Part shown: piece after piece, positions 27,832-37,683 of the stretch | How positions within the stretch are numbered: the stretch's first letter is position 1 | Layout: each line of letters starts with the position of its first letter | IMG/VR virus record: IMGVR_UViG_3300021963_000024 | Length of the DNA: 64,000 nt | Reading direction: 5' to 3' (one strand) | From: a virus | Lineage: Duplodnaviria; Heunggongvirae; Uroviricota; Caudoviricetes | Position numbers and translations under genes: made by a program | Notes under the pieces: generated by a model | What the model saw: the letters and a program-made list of their open reading frames with translations, nothing else | Database searches by the model: none | Told to the model about the DNA's origin: nothing

Positions 27832-28281
27832 TTACATCAATACTAAATTTATAACTCTCAATGCTTCATCCATTGTTTCTAAATGTTTTCGTTCTATCAT
27901 TAACCTTTCGGGTTTTGCATTATTCATATTACCCGTTTTAAAATCCACTCCCTTCCAACACCACAATTCATATTTAACACCTATCGGCATCCTTTCTAAA
28001 TTTACTTGATGCCTTTCCCCGTTTGGTTTGCGTAAATGAATAATGTATGTACTAGGTAAGGTTTCAACTCCACTAATTCGCCAACCGCATATATCTTTAC
28101 GAAATAATTTTTCTATATTTTGTATTGTGAGCATAACAGGTTTAGTTTCGGTAGTTTCTAATTCATTTAAAGCTTGGATAACTTTTTGATACATCGCATT
28201 CGGGTTCCAAAGGGTTTGTGCTTGTTTGATTGCAGCGTGCGCATTCTTTACACTCATTGCTCTTAATTGTTTGCTATCCAT
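27832..28281 (-). CDS. hypothetical protein
   Basis: 149 aa ORF. Confidence 0.4.
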   Translation of the reverse strand: MDSKQLRAMSVKNAHAAIKQAQTLWNPNAMYQKVIQALNELETTETKPVMLTIQNIEKLFRKDICGWRISGVETLPSTYIIHLRKPNGERHQVNLERMPIGVKYELWCWKGVDFKTGNMNNAKPERLMIERKHLETMDEALRVINLVLM

Positions 28282-28371
28282 TTAACCATTTTAAAATTAA
28301 CCATACCCAAATACCAATGATTGCTCCTGTTATTATTTCTTTTTTCCTTTCTTTAAATGTCCCCATTGTTA

Positions 28372-28701
28372 TTAATAGTTTACGAATTTATTTAATGCTA
28401 CTAATCTTAATTTATTTATAAACTTATCAATATTACTTATGTCCTCTTTGTTTATATAAATTTTATGTCCTGTGCTACTTTGTAATGTATAATCCCAATT
28501 GCCTTCTCGTCCAATTGCTTCTCTATGTAATGTAATTTGTATTGCGTATACTCTATTCGTTATACCAATCACGTATCTATGATTTGATTGTGTTAATAAT
28601 TTGCCATCCAAATCAAACCTTTCATTTATACTTTCTACATAAAAGTTTCGTTTGTTCAAAGGTCTATTCCTTAACTTATAAAAATTTTCTATTACTAACA
28701 T
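28372..28701 (-). CDS. hypothetical protein
   Basis: 109 aa ORF. Confidence 0.35.
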   Translation of the reverse strand: MLVIENFYKLRNRPLNKRNFYVESINERFDLDGKLLTQSNHRYVIGITNRVYAIQITLHREAIGREGNWDYTLQSSTGHKIYINKEDISNIDKFINKLRLVALNKFVNY

Positions 28702-29044
28702 TATGTATCTTTTTATTTCGTTTATGGTTTATGTTTTTTATTTTACCTTTGTTATTTGATTTGTCGAATTTATATATTCCGAGCTGTAATACCAAAACTA
28801 CTATGTATAAGATAAAAAATAAAATAATATCATTCATAATACTATCAAAAAAATTGGGCGAAACGACGGGTTTGTTCCCCCCGGCCCCCCTCGTTATTTA
28901 CTTAATACTTTCCAAATAGATTTTGCGGACTCCCACAAAAAACGAAATCCCCAAGTCAATACCAATAAAGATACTGCGGTGATAAATACATAACCGATAT
29001 ATTCTAATGCTTTTTCTAATTTTTGTTTCATATTGTTTTATTTA

Positions 29045-29251
29045 TTATGGTTTAATTTTAAATTCCCTATTGTAAATATTTCGTTCCTTTAAAAACTTTA
29101 CTACATCCATTATTGCGGCTGCTTTGTGATAATTTGAAATATCATTATCTGCTTTTTCAAATAATTCTCTTGCCATATCTTTTAATTCATGCAAATCCGT
29201 CCGTTCAATGATTATATATTCTTTGTAACTTCCTAAGATTTCATTTTTCAT
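29045..29251 (-). CDS. hypothetical protein
   Basis: 68 aa ORF. Confidence 0.35.
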   Translation of the reverse strand: MKNEILGSYKEYIIIERTDLHELKDMARELFEKADNDISNYHKAAAIMDVVKFLKERNIYNREFKIKP

Positions 29252-29252
29252 A

Positions 29253-29624
29253 TTAGTATCTTTTTATTTCCTCAATAAAATAGTTTATCAATGCATCCCT
29301 ATCTTTTACCGTGTCGACATATACACTACCAAATGTCATTCCGCCGTTTTGATGTATATTCATTTGAACTTTGTTATCGATTATATCAGTATGTAATTCA
29401 AATTTTACCATTTTACTGAAAGTTCTATTTTGATATCCTTCAAATTTGTAAATAGTATATGGTATTTTATCCGATGCATTTATTCGTTCTTCTAATCCAA
29501 TATAAGATATTTCAACAATGGACCCATCAAGACACATATTCTTTGTATTAATGTGATGTGGATTTTCTATTTTTATTTTCACTTCGTTTATTTTTTTGTT
29601 TTGGCGTTTCAATGACTTCTTCAA
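29253..29624 (-). CDS. hypothetical protein
   Basis: 123 aa ORF. The N-terminal 25 aa overlap the upstream gene, so the true start may be an internal Met. Confidence 0.35.
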   Translation of the reverse strand: MKKSLKRQNKKINEVKIKIENPHHINTKNMCLDGSIVEISYIGLEERINASDKIPYTIYKFEGYQNRTFSKMVKFELHTDIIDNKVQMNIHQNGGMTFGSVYVDTVKDRDALINYFIEEIKRY

Positions 29625-30261
29625 TTTCAGGAGTATTTTTTTCGATTTCTTTTATTTTGTTTTCCAAATCCTGCTTTACTATTTCGGTTATTTGTTTTCT
29701 AGCTTCATTGGATATTCTACTAAAGTTCAATGCATCAAAGTCAATTTTAATTCGTTCTTGCCTTTCCCTTTCATATTCTTTTCTTGCAGCTGCTGCTTTC
29801 AATTTAACTCTTTGAACCTCATCAATATCATCTGTCGTTACAATTGATTGTATTTTTTTAGTTAAATCATCCACTCCTTTATTTCTATCATATTGTTTGA
29901 TACCTGCTTTAACTAATATTTCCTCATTCTTTGCTTCAATGTATTCCATTAATTGTTTATCACTAAGTGCAGATTTTTCTTCAACCTTTACTTTTCTTTC
30001 AGCTTCCCACTCTTTTTGTTTTTCCCAACTTGCTTCTTTAATTCCGGCTATATGTAGTGCTCTTTCTTTATCACCACTTGCCAACCATTCTACTGGTACT
30101 TCACTATTAAATGAACTTGTTGGTGGTGACCAATTAACTTCACCAGGTGTGTATGAACCAAGCGACCCTTCATATTGTTCTTTACTCATTTGTTTTGCAC
30201 CCACAATGTATCCAATAAAGAATACTACTACTACTGCTACAATTGCTAATACTAATTCCAT
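29548..30261 (-). CDS. membrane-anchored coiled-coil protein
   Basis: N-terminal TM helix (LVLAIVAVVVVFFIGYIVG) followed by a charged coiled coil. Confidence 0.4.
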   Translation of the reverse strand: MELVLAIVAVVVVFFIGYIVGAKQMSKEQYEGSLGSYTPGEVNWSPPTSSFNSEVPVEWLASGDKERALHIAGIKEASWEKQKEWEAERKVKVEEKSALSDKQLMEYIEAKNEEILVKAGIKQYDRNKGVDDLTKKIQSIVTTDDIDEVQRVKLKAAAARKEYERERQERIKIDFDALNFSRISNEARKQITEIVKQDLENKIKEIEKNTPEIEEVIETPKQKNKRSENKNRKSTSH

Positions 30262-30283
30262 AACTTATTTTGTTTTATTTTAT

Positions 30284-30490
30284 TTATATAATTTTAATAA
30301 CTCCATTATTTGTTGGCGGTATGTAATAATCAAAATCGTAAAATTCCAAAACACCTTTAATTATTCTTTGCATATGTTCTGAATTTCCTGTAACTACTTC
30401 AAGTGGTAATTTGGATTGATTAACCAATAACCAATTTTCAAAATCCTCTTTTACAAAAGAATGTGATTTACCGTGACAATCGTAAGTCAT
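30284..30490 (-). CDS. hypothetical protein
   Basis: 68 aa ORF. Confidence 0.3.
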   Translation of the reverse strand: MTYDCHGKSHSFVKEDFENWLLVNQSKLPLEVVTGNSEHMQRIIKGVLEFYDFDYYIPPTNNGVIKII

Positions 30491-30593
30491 AAATTAATTT
30501 TTATCTTCCAATTTGTTTATTTGCCTTAACATATCAATCGTTCCAAATATTGCTACAAAACTTAGAATAGTAATCAAGCCAATAATTAAAATA

Positions 30594-30791
30594 TCATTCA
30601 CCATTATTTTTATTTTTTAGTTTTTGAATTTTCCTTTCTATAATTGAATACCTTTTGTGCAACCTTTCTAATCTAACACTACGAGCCCACTTACCCAACC
30701 AGTTTACTCCCTGATATTTTTCCCAGTAAAGTATTTGTTCTCTGATTTCTTTTAGTTCTTTAAATAATGCCACTTTATTTTTATTTTTCAT
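30594..30791 (-). CDS. hypothetical protein
   Basis: 65 aa, basic. Confidence 0.3.
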   Translation of the reverse strand: MKNKNKVALFKELKEIREQILYWEKYQGVNWLGKWARSVRLERLHKRYSIIERKIQKLKNKNNGE

Positions 30792-31345
30792 TATTTGTTT
30801 TTTAACTCATCAATTTGTTTTTGTAAATCTTTTATTGCAATTAACATTGAACTTGGTAAATTAGTATTCGGGTCCCATACAACATTGTTTCCATTTGATT
30901 GTATCGTGCTAAATAATCCACCGGTATTTGTAACTTTAACAGGTCCATATAATTTAGGATTGATTGTTTTGGTGGCATATGCATTCATATTTATTGAATG
31001 ACTACTTGCAGTTACACCGGCAGATGTCAACCTCATACTCAATAATTTATCAATCATTTCCTCAAATGTGTTTCTGAAAATTGAAATTGATGCCATCCTT
31101 TTTTTATCTACTGAATTTATTGTAGAACGATTTTCGTCATCCCTCACAATAATACTAAAATTGGTATCATGTTTAAATTTATGTGCGGGTGTCAATACAG
31201 TCAATTCCCATTTTGGTTTTTGCGGTAAGTTTAAGTTTAATATAGTTGCTTCATATCTAGTTTCGTCCGCATTATGTATTGGATTAACTATTGAATAACC
31301 TTTGTATGTATATCCACTTATTTTTTCCCAACCTTTGATTTTCAT
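30791..31345 (-). CDS. hypothetical protein
   Basis: 184 aa ORF. Confidence 0.4.
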   Translation of the reverse strand: MKIKGWEKISGYTYKGYSIVNPIHNADETRYEATILNLNLPQKPKWELTVLTPAHKFKHDTNFSIIVRDDENRSTINSVDKKRMASISIFRNTFEEMIDKLLSMRLTSAGVTASSHSINMNAYATKTINPKLYGPVKVTNTGGLFSTIQSNGNNVVWDPNTNLPSSMLIAIKDLQKQIDELKNK

Positions 31346-31346
31346 A

Positions 31347-31541
31347 CTAATATCCTTTTTGCATAGTAAAATAGTAATTCCATTTTAACCAACTAATTGC
31401 TATTCCAAATGCGGGTGTTAATACTCCTGTTTCTAAAAAGTAATTTTCACTATACCATAATTTAATAAATGGTAAAATGTTTACAATGTCTTTGTTTTTT
31501 TGTGTTCGGTTATTTGCTATAAACCATTTTGTTTTTTTCAT
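31347..31541 (-). CDS. hypothetical protein
   Basis: 64 aa ORF. Confidence 0.3.
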   Translation of the reverse strand: MKKTKWFIANNRTQKNKDIVNILPFIKLWYSENYFLETGVLTPAFGIAISWLKWNYYFTMQKGY

Positions 31542-31729
31542 TTTGTTTCTTTTTTACACCTTTCAATTAACTCATCATTTTCTTTTTCATGCTTCCAATA
31601 CATTTGTCTTATTTTATTCCCCAATTCCAAATCGTTTGGCGTTTCGTTAATTACTGATGCTGATATTTTTAAATATTGTTTTGCTTCCTCAGCCCATGCT
31701 ATCATTTGTTTTGAATATTGTTTATCCAT
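31538..31729 (-). CDS. hypothetical protein
   Basis: 63 aa ORF. Confidence 0.3.
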   Translation of the reverse strand: MDKQYSKQMIAWAEEAKQYLKISASVINETPNDLELGNKIRQMYWKHEKENDELIERCKKETK

Positions 31730-32264
31730 TGTTAAATTCGTTTAATGGTAAAGGTTTTATGTCATCACCTAATATACGAAAAGTTTTTACAATTGCCAAA
31801 TCGGTTATTGTTATTTTTTCAATTTCAATTCCCCATTTTTCTACAAATTCTTTCACTTCGGCAGTTATTTGTTCATTTACATCAATCAAATCGGCCCAAG
31901 TTGTTAATTCAACAATGTCTCTAATCATTCCCATAGTAGTATCTACCAATACATCATTTGCGTGCATCACATTCAAAAGATAATTTTTTACATTCACCAC
32001 CCTATATCTAATCAAAGCTTTCAATACAATTCCCTGCTCGTCTAATGTAGTTAGTGTTTGCGCCGGCAAATTTACAGTTTGTGTAATTACCGCTGTTTCA
32101 ATAATCGAATCAAAGAATGGTATTTTAATCCAAATACCTGCCTTCAATGTTCTATGATATTTACCCAATCTTAAATGTATAGCTTCATTCCATTGTTCAA
32201 CTATAATGAAAGGTAAAATATCATTCCAAAATCTAGTTATTATTTCAATTAGTTTATCAAACAT
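31722..32264 (-). CDS. hypothetical protein
   Basis: 180 aa ORF. Confidence 0.4.
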   Translation of the reverse strand: MFDKLIEIITRFWNDILPFIIVEQWNEAIHLRLGKYHRTLKAGIWIKIPFFDSIIETAVITQTVNLPAQTLTTLDEQGIVLKALIRYRVVNVKNYLLNVMHANDVLVDTTMGMIRDIVELTTWADLIDVNEQITAEVKEFVEKWGIEIEKITITDLAIVKTFRILGDDIKPLPLNEFNNG

Positions 32265-32269
32265 AATTT

Positions 32270-32746
32270 TTATTTTTTAATTCGTCCTGCTCCTTTATAT
32301 GCTCTTTTGTAATTTGGCTCTAATAGTGAACTAATCTTTACACCTTCATATCGGTTTGCTGCATGTATAAACATTGTTTCGCCAATGTATGTTCCACAAT
32401 GCCAACCCGAAGGCGATTGTTTGCTCCTGAAAAATACCAAATCCCCTATTTGTAAACTATCTTGCTTTATCCTTTCAGTCTGGTCCCACTGTCTATAACA
32501 AACATTTTCTAATTGTATTTTGTACACGTCCATTGCCAACCTCTTATTGAATTGTGAACAATCAATACCTCGTTCGGTTTTGCCACCTAACTTATATGGT
32601 TTACCCAACCAATGATAAACGAAATTATTGAATGTAGTATCAGGTGTCAAAACAGGAATACTATCCACTGCACCTAAAGGTTTTTTTGTTTGTGAGTATA
32701 AATTAACACTCACAAATAATAAAATTATTGTTATTAGTTTTTTCAT
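32270..32746 (-). CDS. secreted NlpC/P60-family cell-wall peptidase
   Basis: Signal peptide MKKLITIILLFVSVNLYS. Catalytic Cys in RGIDCSQF and His in WHCGTYIGETMFIHA. Confidence 0.6.
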   Translation of the reverse strand: MKKLITIILLFVSVNLYSQTKKPLGAVDSIPVLTPDTTFNNFVYHWLGKPYKLGGKTERGIDCSQFNKRLAMDVYKIQLENVCYRQWDQTERIKQDSLQIGDLVFFRSKQSPSGWHCGTYIGETMFIHAANRYEGVKISSLLEPNYKRAYKGAGRIKK

Positions 32747-32749
32747 TAT

Positions 32750-33289
32750 TTACCATTTTATTGATTGTGAAACAGGCATATTAAAGTTTGTGTTTCCTGA
32801 TATTGTTTTTGCTTTTCTTTTACTTCTAATTTCATCTTGCATCATACCGAGCAAAGAACAATATGTTTTAATAACTTGATTTTTGTTAATCGAATCACAA
32901 GCGATATGAATAAAGTTTTGTAAAGATTTTATTTCGTTTGGTCTTATTATTCTTCTAATTTTTGAACTTAAAATATTCTTTGTATCTTCTATTTCCAAAT
33001 TAAATTCACCAACCATTTTAGTTAGTTTGACACGAAATACAATATCGTTATCAGCGGTTTCGATTATTTCAGTGAAGTAGGCCTGACTATTTTCATAAAC
33101 TCTACCAAAACAAAACGATGCACCCATCAATTCAAATCGTTCACCTTGTATTTTTTTCCAATTTATTATTTGCATTTGTTCTGCTTTCTGTTCTGCTGCC
33201 AATGCACAACTCAAATGATTATATCCTACAAGGTATTCAATATCGACATGATAAGTATCTTGTCCACAATATGCGCATATTTTTTTCAT
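32750..33289 (-). CDS. hypothetical protein with N-terminal zinc-finger-like CxxC
   Basis: MKKICAYCGQDTYH...SCALAA. Confidence 0.4.
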   Translation of the reverse strand: MKKICAYCGQDTYHVDIEYLVGYNHLSCALAAEQKAEQMQIINWKKIQGERFELMGASFCFGRVYENSQAYFTEIIETADNDIVFRVKLTKMVGEFNLEIEDTKNILSSKIRRIIRPNEIKSLQNFIHIACDSINKNQVIKTYCSLLGMMQDEIRSKRKAKTISGNTNFNMPVSQSIKW

Positions 33290-33324
33290 TCATTAAATAT
33301 ACAAAAAATATTCGATATTACAAA

Positions 33325-33358
33325 ATAAAAGGGACACTTTTTAGGGTGTCCCTTTTGG
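33325..33358. terminator. bidirectional rho-independent terminator
   Basis: Stem GGGACAC/GTGTCCC (33331-33352) with a flanking A-run and T-run. Confidence 0.55.
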
Positions 33359-33510
33359 GTTACATGGCATGCAAGATTTTTATGTGTGCTTTTGATGAAT
33401 ACCTTTTTTGATATTAATCTTTCTACTTTGTTTTTGCATTTTCTTTCGGTTTTTGGATGCTCTTTCTCTGTTGGTCATAAATGTTATTTTAAAATATAAA
33501 TATACATCTA

Positions 33511-34191
33511 TTAAACAAATTTAATTTTTCTCAAAATACCTTCTGCTAATCTATTATGTCCTAACTGATTAAAATGAAAATCCAAAACTCCATTACTTTC
33601 TTTTTTTGAAATTGTATCCGCAATTCTTAATTTATTAGATGCTGCGTATGGATAAAATGCAAATTCTTTATTATCAAAAATAGCAAAATTGTTTCTTTCA
33701 AAAAAACTTTTATCCAATTTAGATAACATCCCATCCATTCCAATAAAAATAAATTGAATATTATTTGATTTTAACCAATTGGCCAGTAAATCTATTTCTT
33801 TTTCAAATTCTAAATACTGATTATTGTTTGAATAAAAATATTTTATCCAATCATTGTAAAAATTTATCTTTACACCATCAACTTGTGAATCCGGACTCTC
33901 TATTTTACACATTGAAATAAATTCATTTTCCAAATCACAATACATTCCTAATCTATCTAAAAATGTAGTTTGAATAACGAATATCGAATCACTTACATTT
34001 TCTGTTTTTGATAATTTATAAACTTTATCGAATATGTGCTGATTAGCCATTCCATTTTCCGAATGATTTGTTGAATTACAATTTATTTTTTCTTCAATTA
34101 ACTTTCTAAAATTTATAAATTCATATCCCGTTTTACTATGTTCGGAATTTGTAAAAGAACATCCAAAATAATGTATATGTATATTACTCAT
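33511..34191 (-). CDS. SGNH-like hydrolase (divergent third paralog)
   Basis: HYFGCSFTNSE (a GDS-like block I variant) and a C-terminal FHFNQLGHNRLAEGI block-V-like motif. Confidence 0.3.
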   Translation of the reverse strand: MSNIHIHYFGCSFTNSEHSKTGYEFINFRKLIEEKINCNSTNHSENGMANQHIFDKVYKLSKTENVSDSIFVIQTTFLDRLGMYCDLENEFISMCKIESPDSQVDGVKINFYNDWIKYFYSNNNQYLEFEKEIDLLANWLKSNNIQFIFIGMDGMLSKLDKSFFERNNFAIFDNKEFAFYPYAASNKLRIADTISKKESNGVLDFHFNQLGHNRLAEGILRKIKFV

Positions 34192-34435
34192 AATCCAATT
34201 CAGGTATTAAATTTACAAAAAGATATTCATTCGTTTGAGAATTTCTTAATATTTTTTCTGCACCAAACCATTGTTTAAGTATATCGGCTTTATCGCCTGT
34301 TATATCCGTTGAAAATTTAAATGCTGAAACTTTATATATGACCTCATATAAATCTTCACCCGCTCTAACTAATTCCGGCTTTCTCATTTCCAAAATATTT
34401 GAATTAATAATATACTTGCAGCAAGTAATAAACAA
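34184..34435 (-). CDS. hypothetical protein
   Basis: 83 aa ORF. Confidence 0.3.
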   Translation of the reverse strand: MFITCCKYIINSNILEMRKPELVRAGEDLYEVIYKVSAFKFSTDITGDKADILKQWFGAEKILRNSQTNEYLFVNLIPELDYE

Positions 34436-34725
34436 ATTATAGTCTTTAAACTAAATGGTTCTTTAAATAATAACCAACTCAATAATACGAATACAACAAT
34501 ACCAATACCAAATCCAATAAGACGAGATGGCCACAATTGTCCGTTTCCCCAACTTACTAAATTTTCTACCGATTTAATGTAAAACCATGCAGCTGGTATT
34601 GAACTTAATAAAACTATAATTGGATATTTTTGAAACCAACCATATTTTACACTGCCTTGCAATTGCATAAAGGACATAACTTGTCCGAATATTCCAAACA
34701 AAATACCCATCAATAACCTATTCAT
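34384..34725 (-). CDS. membrane protein (3-4 TM)
   Basis: Hydrophobic throughout. Confidence 0.35.
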   Translation of the reverse strand: MNRLLMGILFGIFGQVMSFMQLQGSVKYGWFQKYPIIVLLSSIPAAWFYIKSVENLVSWGNGQLWPSRLIGFGIGIVVFVLLSWLLFKEPFSLKTIICLLLAASILLIQIFWK

Positions 34726-34856
34726 ATAAATTTATTTAATAATCTTCATCCGTAAAATCAAATCCTTCTAAATCTTCATCGCTGTATATTTCATCTTCGA
34801 TTAAAGCTAGTTGGTCATAAATATCATCGTGGAGTGGGTGATAAACACCATCATCA

Positions 34857-35216
34857 TCAATTGATTTTAGATTGTCTTTTATTTGATTTACTATTTTTAA
34901 TATCTTTTGACTCATTTTTTAAGTTTTCAATAAGTATATTCAAATCACGAATTTCAGCACATTTTTCGTATTCCTCAATACCCATAAAAAAATTGAATGC
35001 TTTTTCTAAAACATTTTCTAAATTTTCTTTTTTTAATATGAATACTATATTGTCCTGATAATTTGATATCATTATTGCTTGTATCGTATCTAAATTTTGT
35101 TCGATTAATATTTTTGAAAATCGTAACAGCTCTGAAAAAATAACATACTTATTATTTCTTAACCAATTTGATATTGGATAACTACCTAAATCAATATGTA
35201 ATATTACAGGCTCCAT
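34857..35216 (-). CDS. hypothetical protein
   Basis: 119 aa ORF. Confidence 0.35.
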   Translation of the reverse strand: MEPVILHIDLGSYPISNWLRNNKYVIFSELLRFSKILIEQNLDTIQAIMISNYQDNIVFILKKENLENVLEKAFNFFMGIEEYEKCAEIRDLNILIENLKNESKDIKNSKSNKRQSKIN

Positions 35217-35218
35217 TA

Positions 35219-36013
35219 TTAATATTTATCAAAAAATTCTTGATTATATTCTAATTGATAATTTTTCAAATCAAAATGAACTCCATTTATTTCTTTTAAC
35301 AAAGAATAATCAACTAACAAATCTAATTCGTTACTATTAAATATGCCGGTTTCTTTAAACATTTCAAATATTTTTTTCTTTGAAAGGCAATAACTTCTAT
35401 GCCAACCAAATGTAGTTTCATAATATTTTGTATCTTCAAAAAAACAAAATTTATTCAAAACATTTTCTTCAGGCCATTTAAACTTAAAAGGTGTTGCATA
35501 TTCCTGTGTAAATTCGTTATCAAAAAAGGTAGAATAAAATGCATCTTCCGAACCTTTATTATAAGTTTCATTTATTTTGGATATATCTTGCATTACTTTC
35601 GTATTGCGTAAACTAAATCCACCATTTATCAAAGAATGACCTCCACCCAAATACGGATAATTAAAAAATTCATTATCAAAATAAAAATTATGAAATCTAG
35701 GAAACCCATCCCATTGAATTATTAAATACCAATCCGTTTTTATTAAATGTGGTAATTGTTTTATTAGAAAGTTGTTATACCAAGCTATTCCGCCAGAATT
35801 TTCCCAATCGAATGGCCAAAGTGTTTCAAACTTCTGTTCGATTAATTCTTTATTTTTATTAAAAGGATTGACCATTAAAACATCACCGAAATTAATGTGT
35901 TTACAAATTTCAGGAACCAATCTACTAACCGCCGCCAATCTAATATTGGATTTATTTGGATTATCTTTAACCGAATCTATTGAAACTAATGTAACATTTT
36001 CTAAATTAATCAT
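35219..36013 (-). CDS. hypothetical protein (possible nucleotide-sugar transferase-like)
   Basis: 264 aa with Trp/Phe-rich motifs. No firm motif. Confidence 0.4.
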   Translation of the reverse strand: MINLENVTLVSIDSVKDNPNKSNIRLAAVSRLVPEICKHINFGDVLMVNPFNKNKELIEQKFETLWPFDWENSGGIAWYNNFLIKQLPHLIKTDWYLIIQWDGFPRFHNFYFDNEFFNYPYLGGGHSLINGGFSLRNTKVMQDISKINETYNKGSEDAFYSTFFDNEFTQEYATPFKFKWPEENVLNKFCFFEDTKYYETTFGWHRSYCLSKKKIFEMFKETGIFNSNELDLLVDYSLLKEINGVHFDLKNYQLEYNQEFFDKY

Positions 36014-36245
36014 TCTTTTTATTTAATCGTTTGCCAAAGTAAATGTAGCATCCAAAAAAAGATACCGCAATACAATACATAACGAAGTTCGCTCTCCATA
36101 AACTTCCCGTTAGTAATATTAGGGAATATTGAACGGCATCGAATCCAAAGGGATTGAAAAATAGTGCTAGGAACAAACTCATGTCTTTGTATAGCATTAA
36201 CCTCTGGCTTTTTTCCGAGTATTTTTCTTTTATTCTGTTTATCAC
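36006..36245 (-). CDS. small membrane protein (alternative frame 36019-36255 also open)
   Basis: Two overlapping ORFs in different frames. This one is coupled to the downstream gene by an 8-nt overlap. Confidence 0.25.
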   Translation of the reverse strand: MINRIKEKYSEKSQRLMLYKDMSLFLALFFNPFGFDAVQYSLILLTGSLWRANFVMYCIAVSFFGCYIYFGKRLNKKND

Positions 36246-36287
36246 CGTCGTCCATGTGTTGTTTATTTAGTGAACAATCAGTAACCT

Positions 36288-36779
36288 TTAGAATAAGTAT
36301 TCCAATCCTTTAGTATTTGCTCTTTTTAATTGAATATCTTGAATTGATTGTGGGTTTTTCACTTTAGAATTTTTACGATACCACTCATACAAATCCTCAA
36401 GCGTTCCTTTACCTCTTTGTCTTTCCATTGCTTTATCCCAAAGGTCTTTACCAAATTCTTTTTCTAACTCTTTACGAAGTTTCCATAGAATTTGATTTTC
36501 ATCTTTATCTGCTTCTAATTCCAGTTTGAGAGCTTTCACTCTTTTCATCCTACTAGCCTCCAATGCTGCTTCCTTTCTATTCTTTTCATCAGTTCCGCCG
36601 TAGTTAGTATAAGTTTGTTCATAAACCGTTTGAGCCGATTGTCGCATCTCTAATGCTTCACCAAACATATATGAATAATCGAAATCACCATTGCGTATCT
36701 TTAATAACAAAGGTGCATCTGCTTTAAGTGGTTTGTTTGTTCTCCCCTTTGTCCACCACCTGTATTTGTTGTAACTCAT
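36288..36779 (-). CDS. hypothetical basic protein
   Basis: 163 aa ORF. Confidence 0.4.
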   Translation of the reverse strand: MSYNKYRWWTKGRTNKPLKADAPLLLKIRNGDFDYSYMFGEALEMRQSAQTVYEQTYTNYGGTDEKNRKEAALEASRMKRVKALKLELEADKDENQILWKLRKELEKEFGKDLWDKAMERQRGKGTLEDLYEWYRKNSKVKNPQSIQDIQLKRANTKGLEYLF

Positions 36780-36963
36780 AATATTCTTTTACTTTGTTTT
36801 CTAAAAAATTCATAGATTCACTACTACCCGTCCAACAATCATATTTTCTAAATCGTTTGACAAATACTTCTAATGTTACTGAATTGTAATATTTAATCAG
36901 TTCATCATATTCCGGTAGGTAGCAGTTATTAAATCCCATATTATTCGTGACCTCCCAAATCAA
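36724..36963 (-). CDS. hypothetical protein
   Basis: 79 aa, overlaps both neighbours. Confidence 0.3.
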   Translation of the reverse strand: MIWEVTNNMGFNNCYLPEYDELIKYYNSVTLEVFVKRFRKYDCWTGSSESMNFLENKVKEYYELQQIQVVDKGENKQTT

Positions 36964-37432
36964 TTTCGTTTTCCCAATCTTCCACCGTTTTCTTCTTTCT
37001 TTTTTTAGGTGCAGCTTTCATTGTTTTATTATATTGGTCAGCTGCTTTTTTTAATTCCTCATTTGGTGCGGGTGGATTTTCCAATGCATCTGAAAATATT
37101 TCTGCATCCATTTTACTTTTAATAAAACTTCTAACTGCTTCTTCTTCATCTCTTTTGAAATCATCTATTGTGTATGGTTTAACTCCAAAACCACCATCTT
37201 CATCCCATTTTTCATTTTCCTCTTCTTGGTATTCGTTTGCTCTATCCAATATCCACTCCTTCCAAGCATCGTTATGATAACCTAACCCAATTACCAATGT
37301 TTCAAATGCATCCATTAATTCATCCAAAGATGTATCACTATGGTCTAATTCGACTGATACCTTTGTGCCATATTGTTGTGCCGTAATGATAGTTGGTTTA
37401 TTAAAACCTGTTTTAAAATTTTCGTAGTTCAT
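36941..37432 (-). CDS. hypothetical acidic protein
   Basis: 163 aa ORF. Confidence 0.4.
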   Translation of the reverse strand: MNYENFKTGFNKPTIITAQQYGTKVSVELDHSDTSLDELMDAFETLVIGLGYHNDAWKEWILDRANEYQEEENEKWDEDGGFGVKPYTIDDFKRDEEEAVRSFIKSKMDAEIFSDALENPPAPNEELKKAADQYNKTMKAAPKKRKKKTVEDWENEIDLGGHE

Positions 37433-37434
37433 AA

Positions 37435-37683
37435 CTATTTGTTTTTATCATTTATAAATTTTTCAAATCCTAATTGCTCGTTTTCTTTTGCAATCTTTTT
37501 TACACTATCATAATCAAATTCCGTATTAGATATTGCAGAACTTATACTTGCAAATCTTTTGGTGTGATAACTACTTAGTGGCGATGTGTGTTGTTTTAAG
37601 TGTAATGCTTTTGCATCCAAGTATTCAAACAATTCATCATCTGTCATTTGTTTTAATTCTTCATCCGTTTTATTAAACTCCAT
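37435..37683 (-). CDS. hypothetical protein
   Basis: 82 aa ORF. Confidence 0.35.
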   Translation of the reverse strand: MEFNKTDEELKQMTDDELFEYLDAKALHLKQHTSPLSSYHTKRFASISSAISNTEFDYDSVKKIAKENEQLGFEKFINDKNK

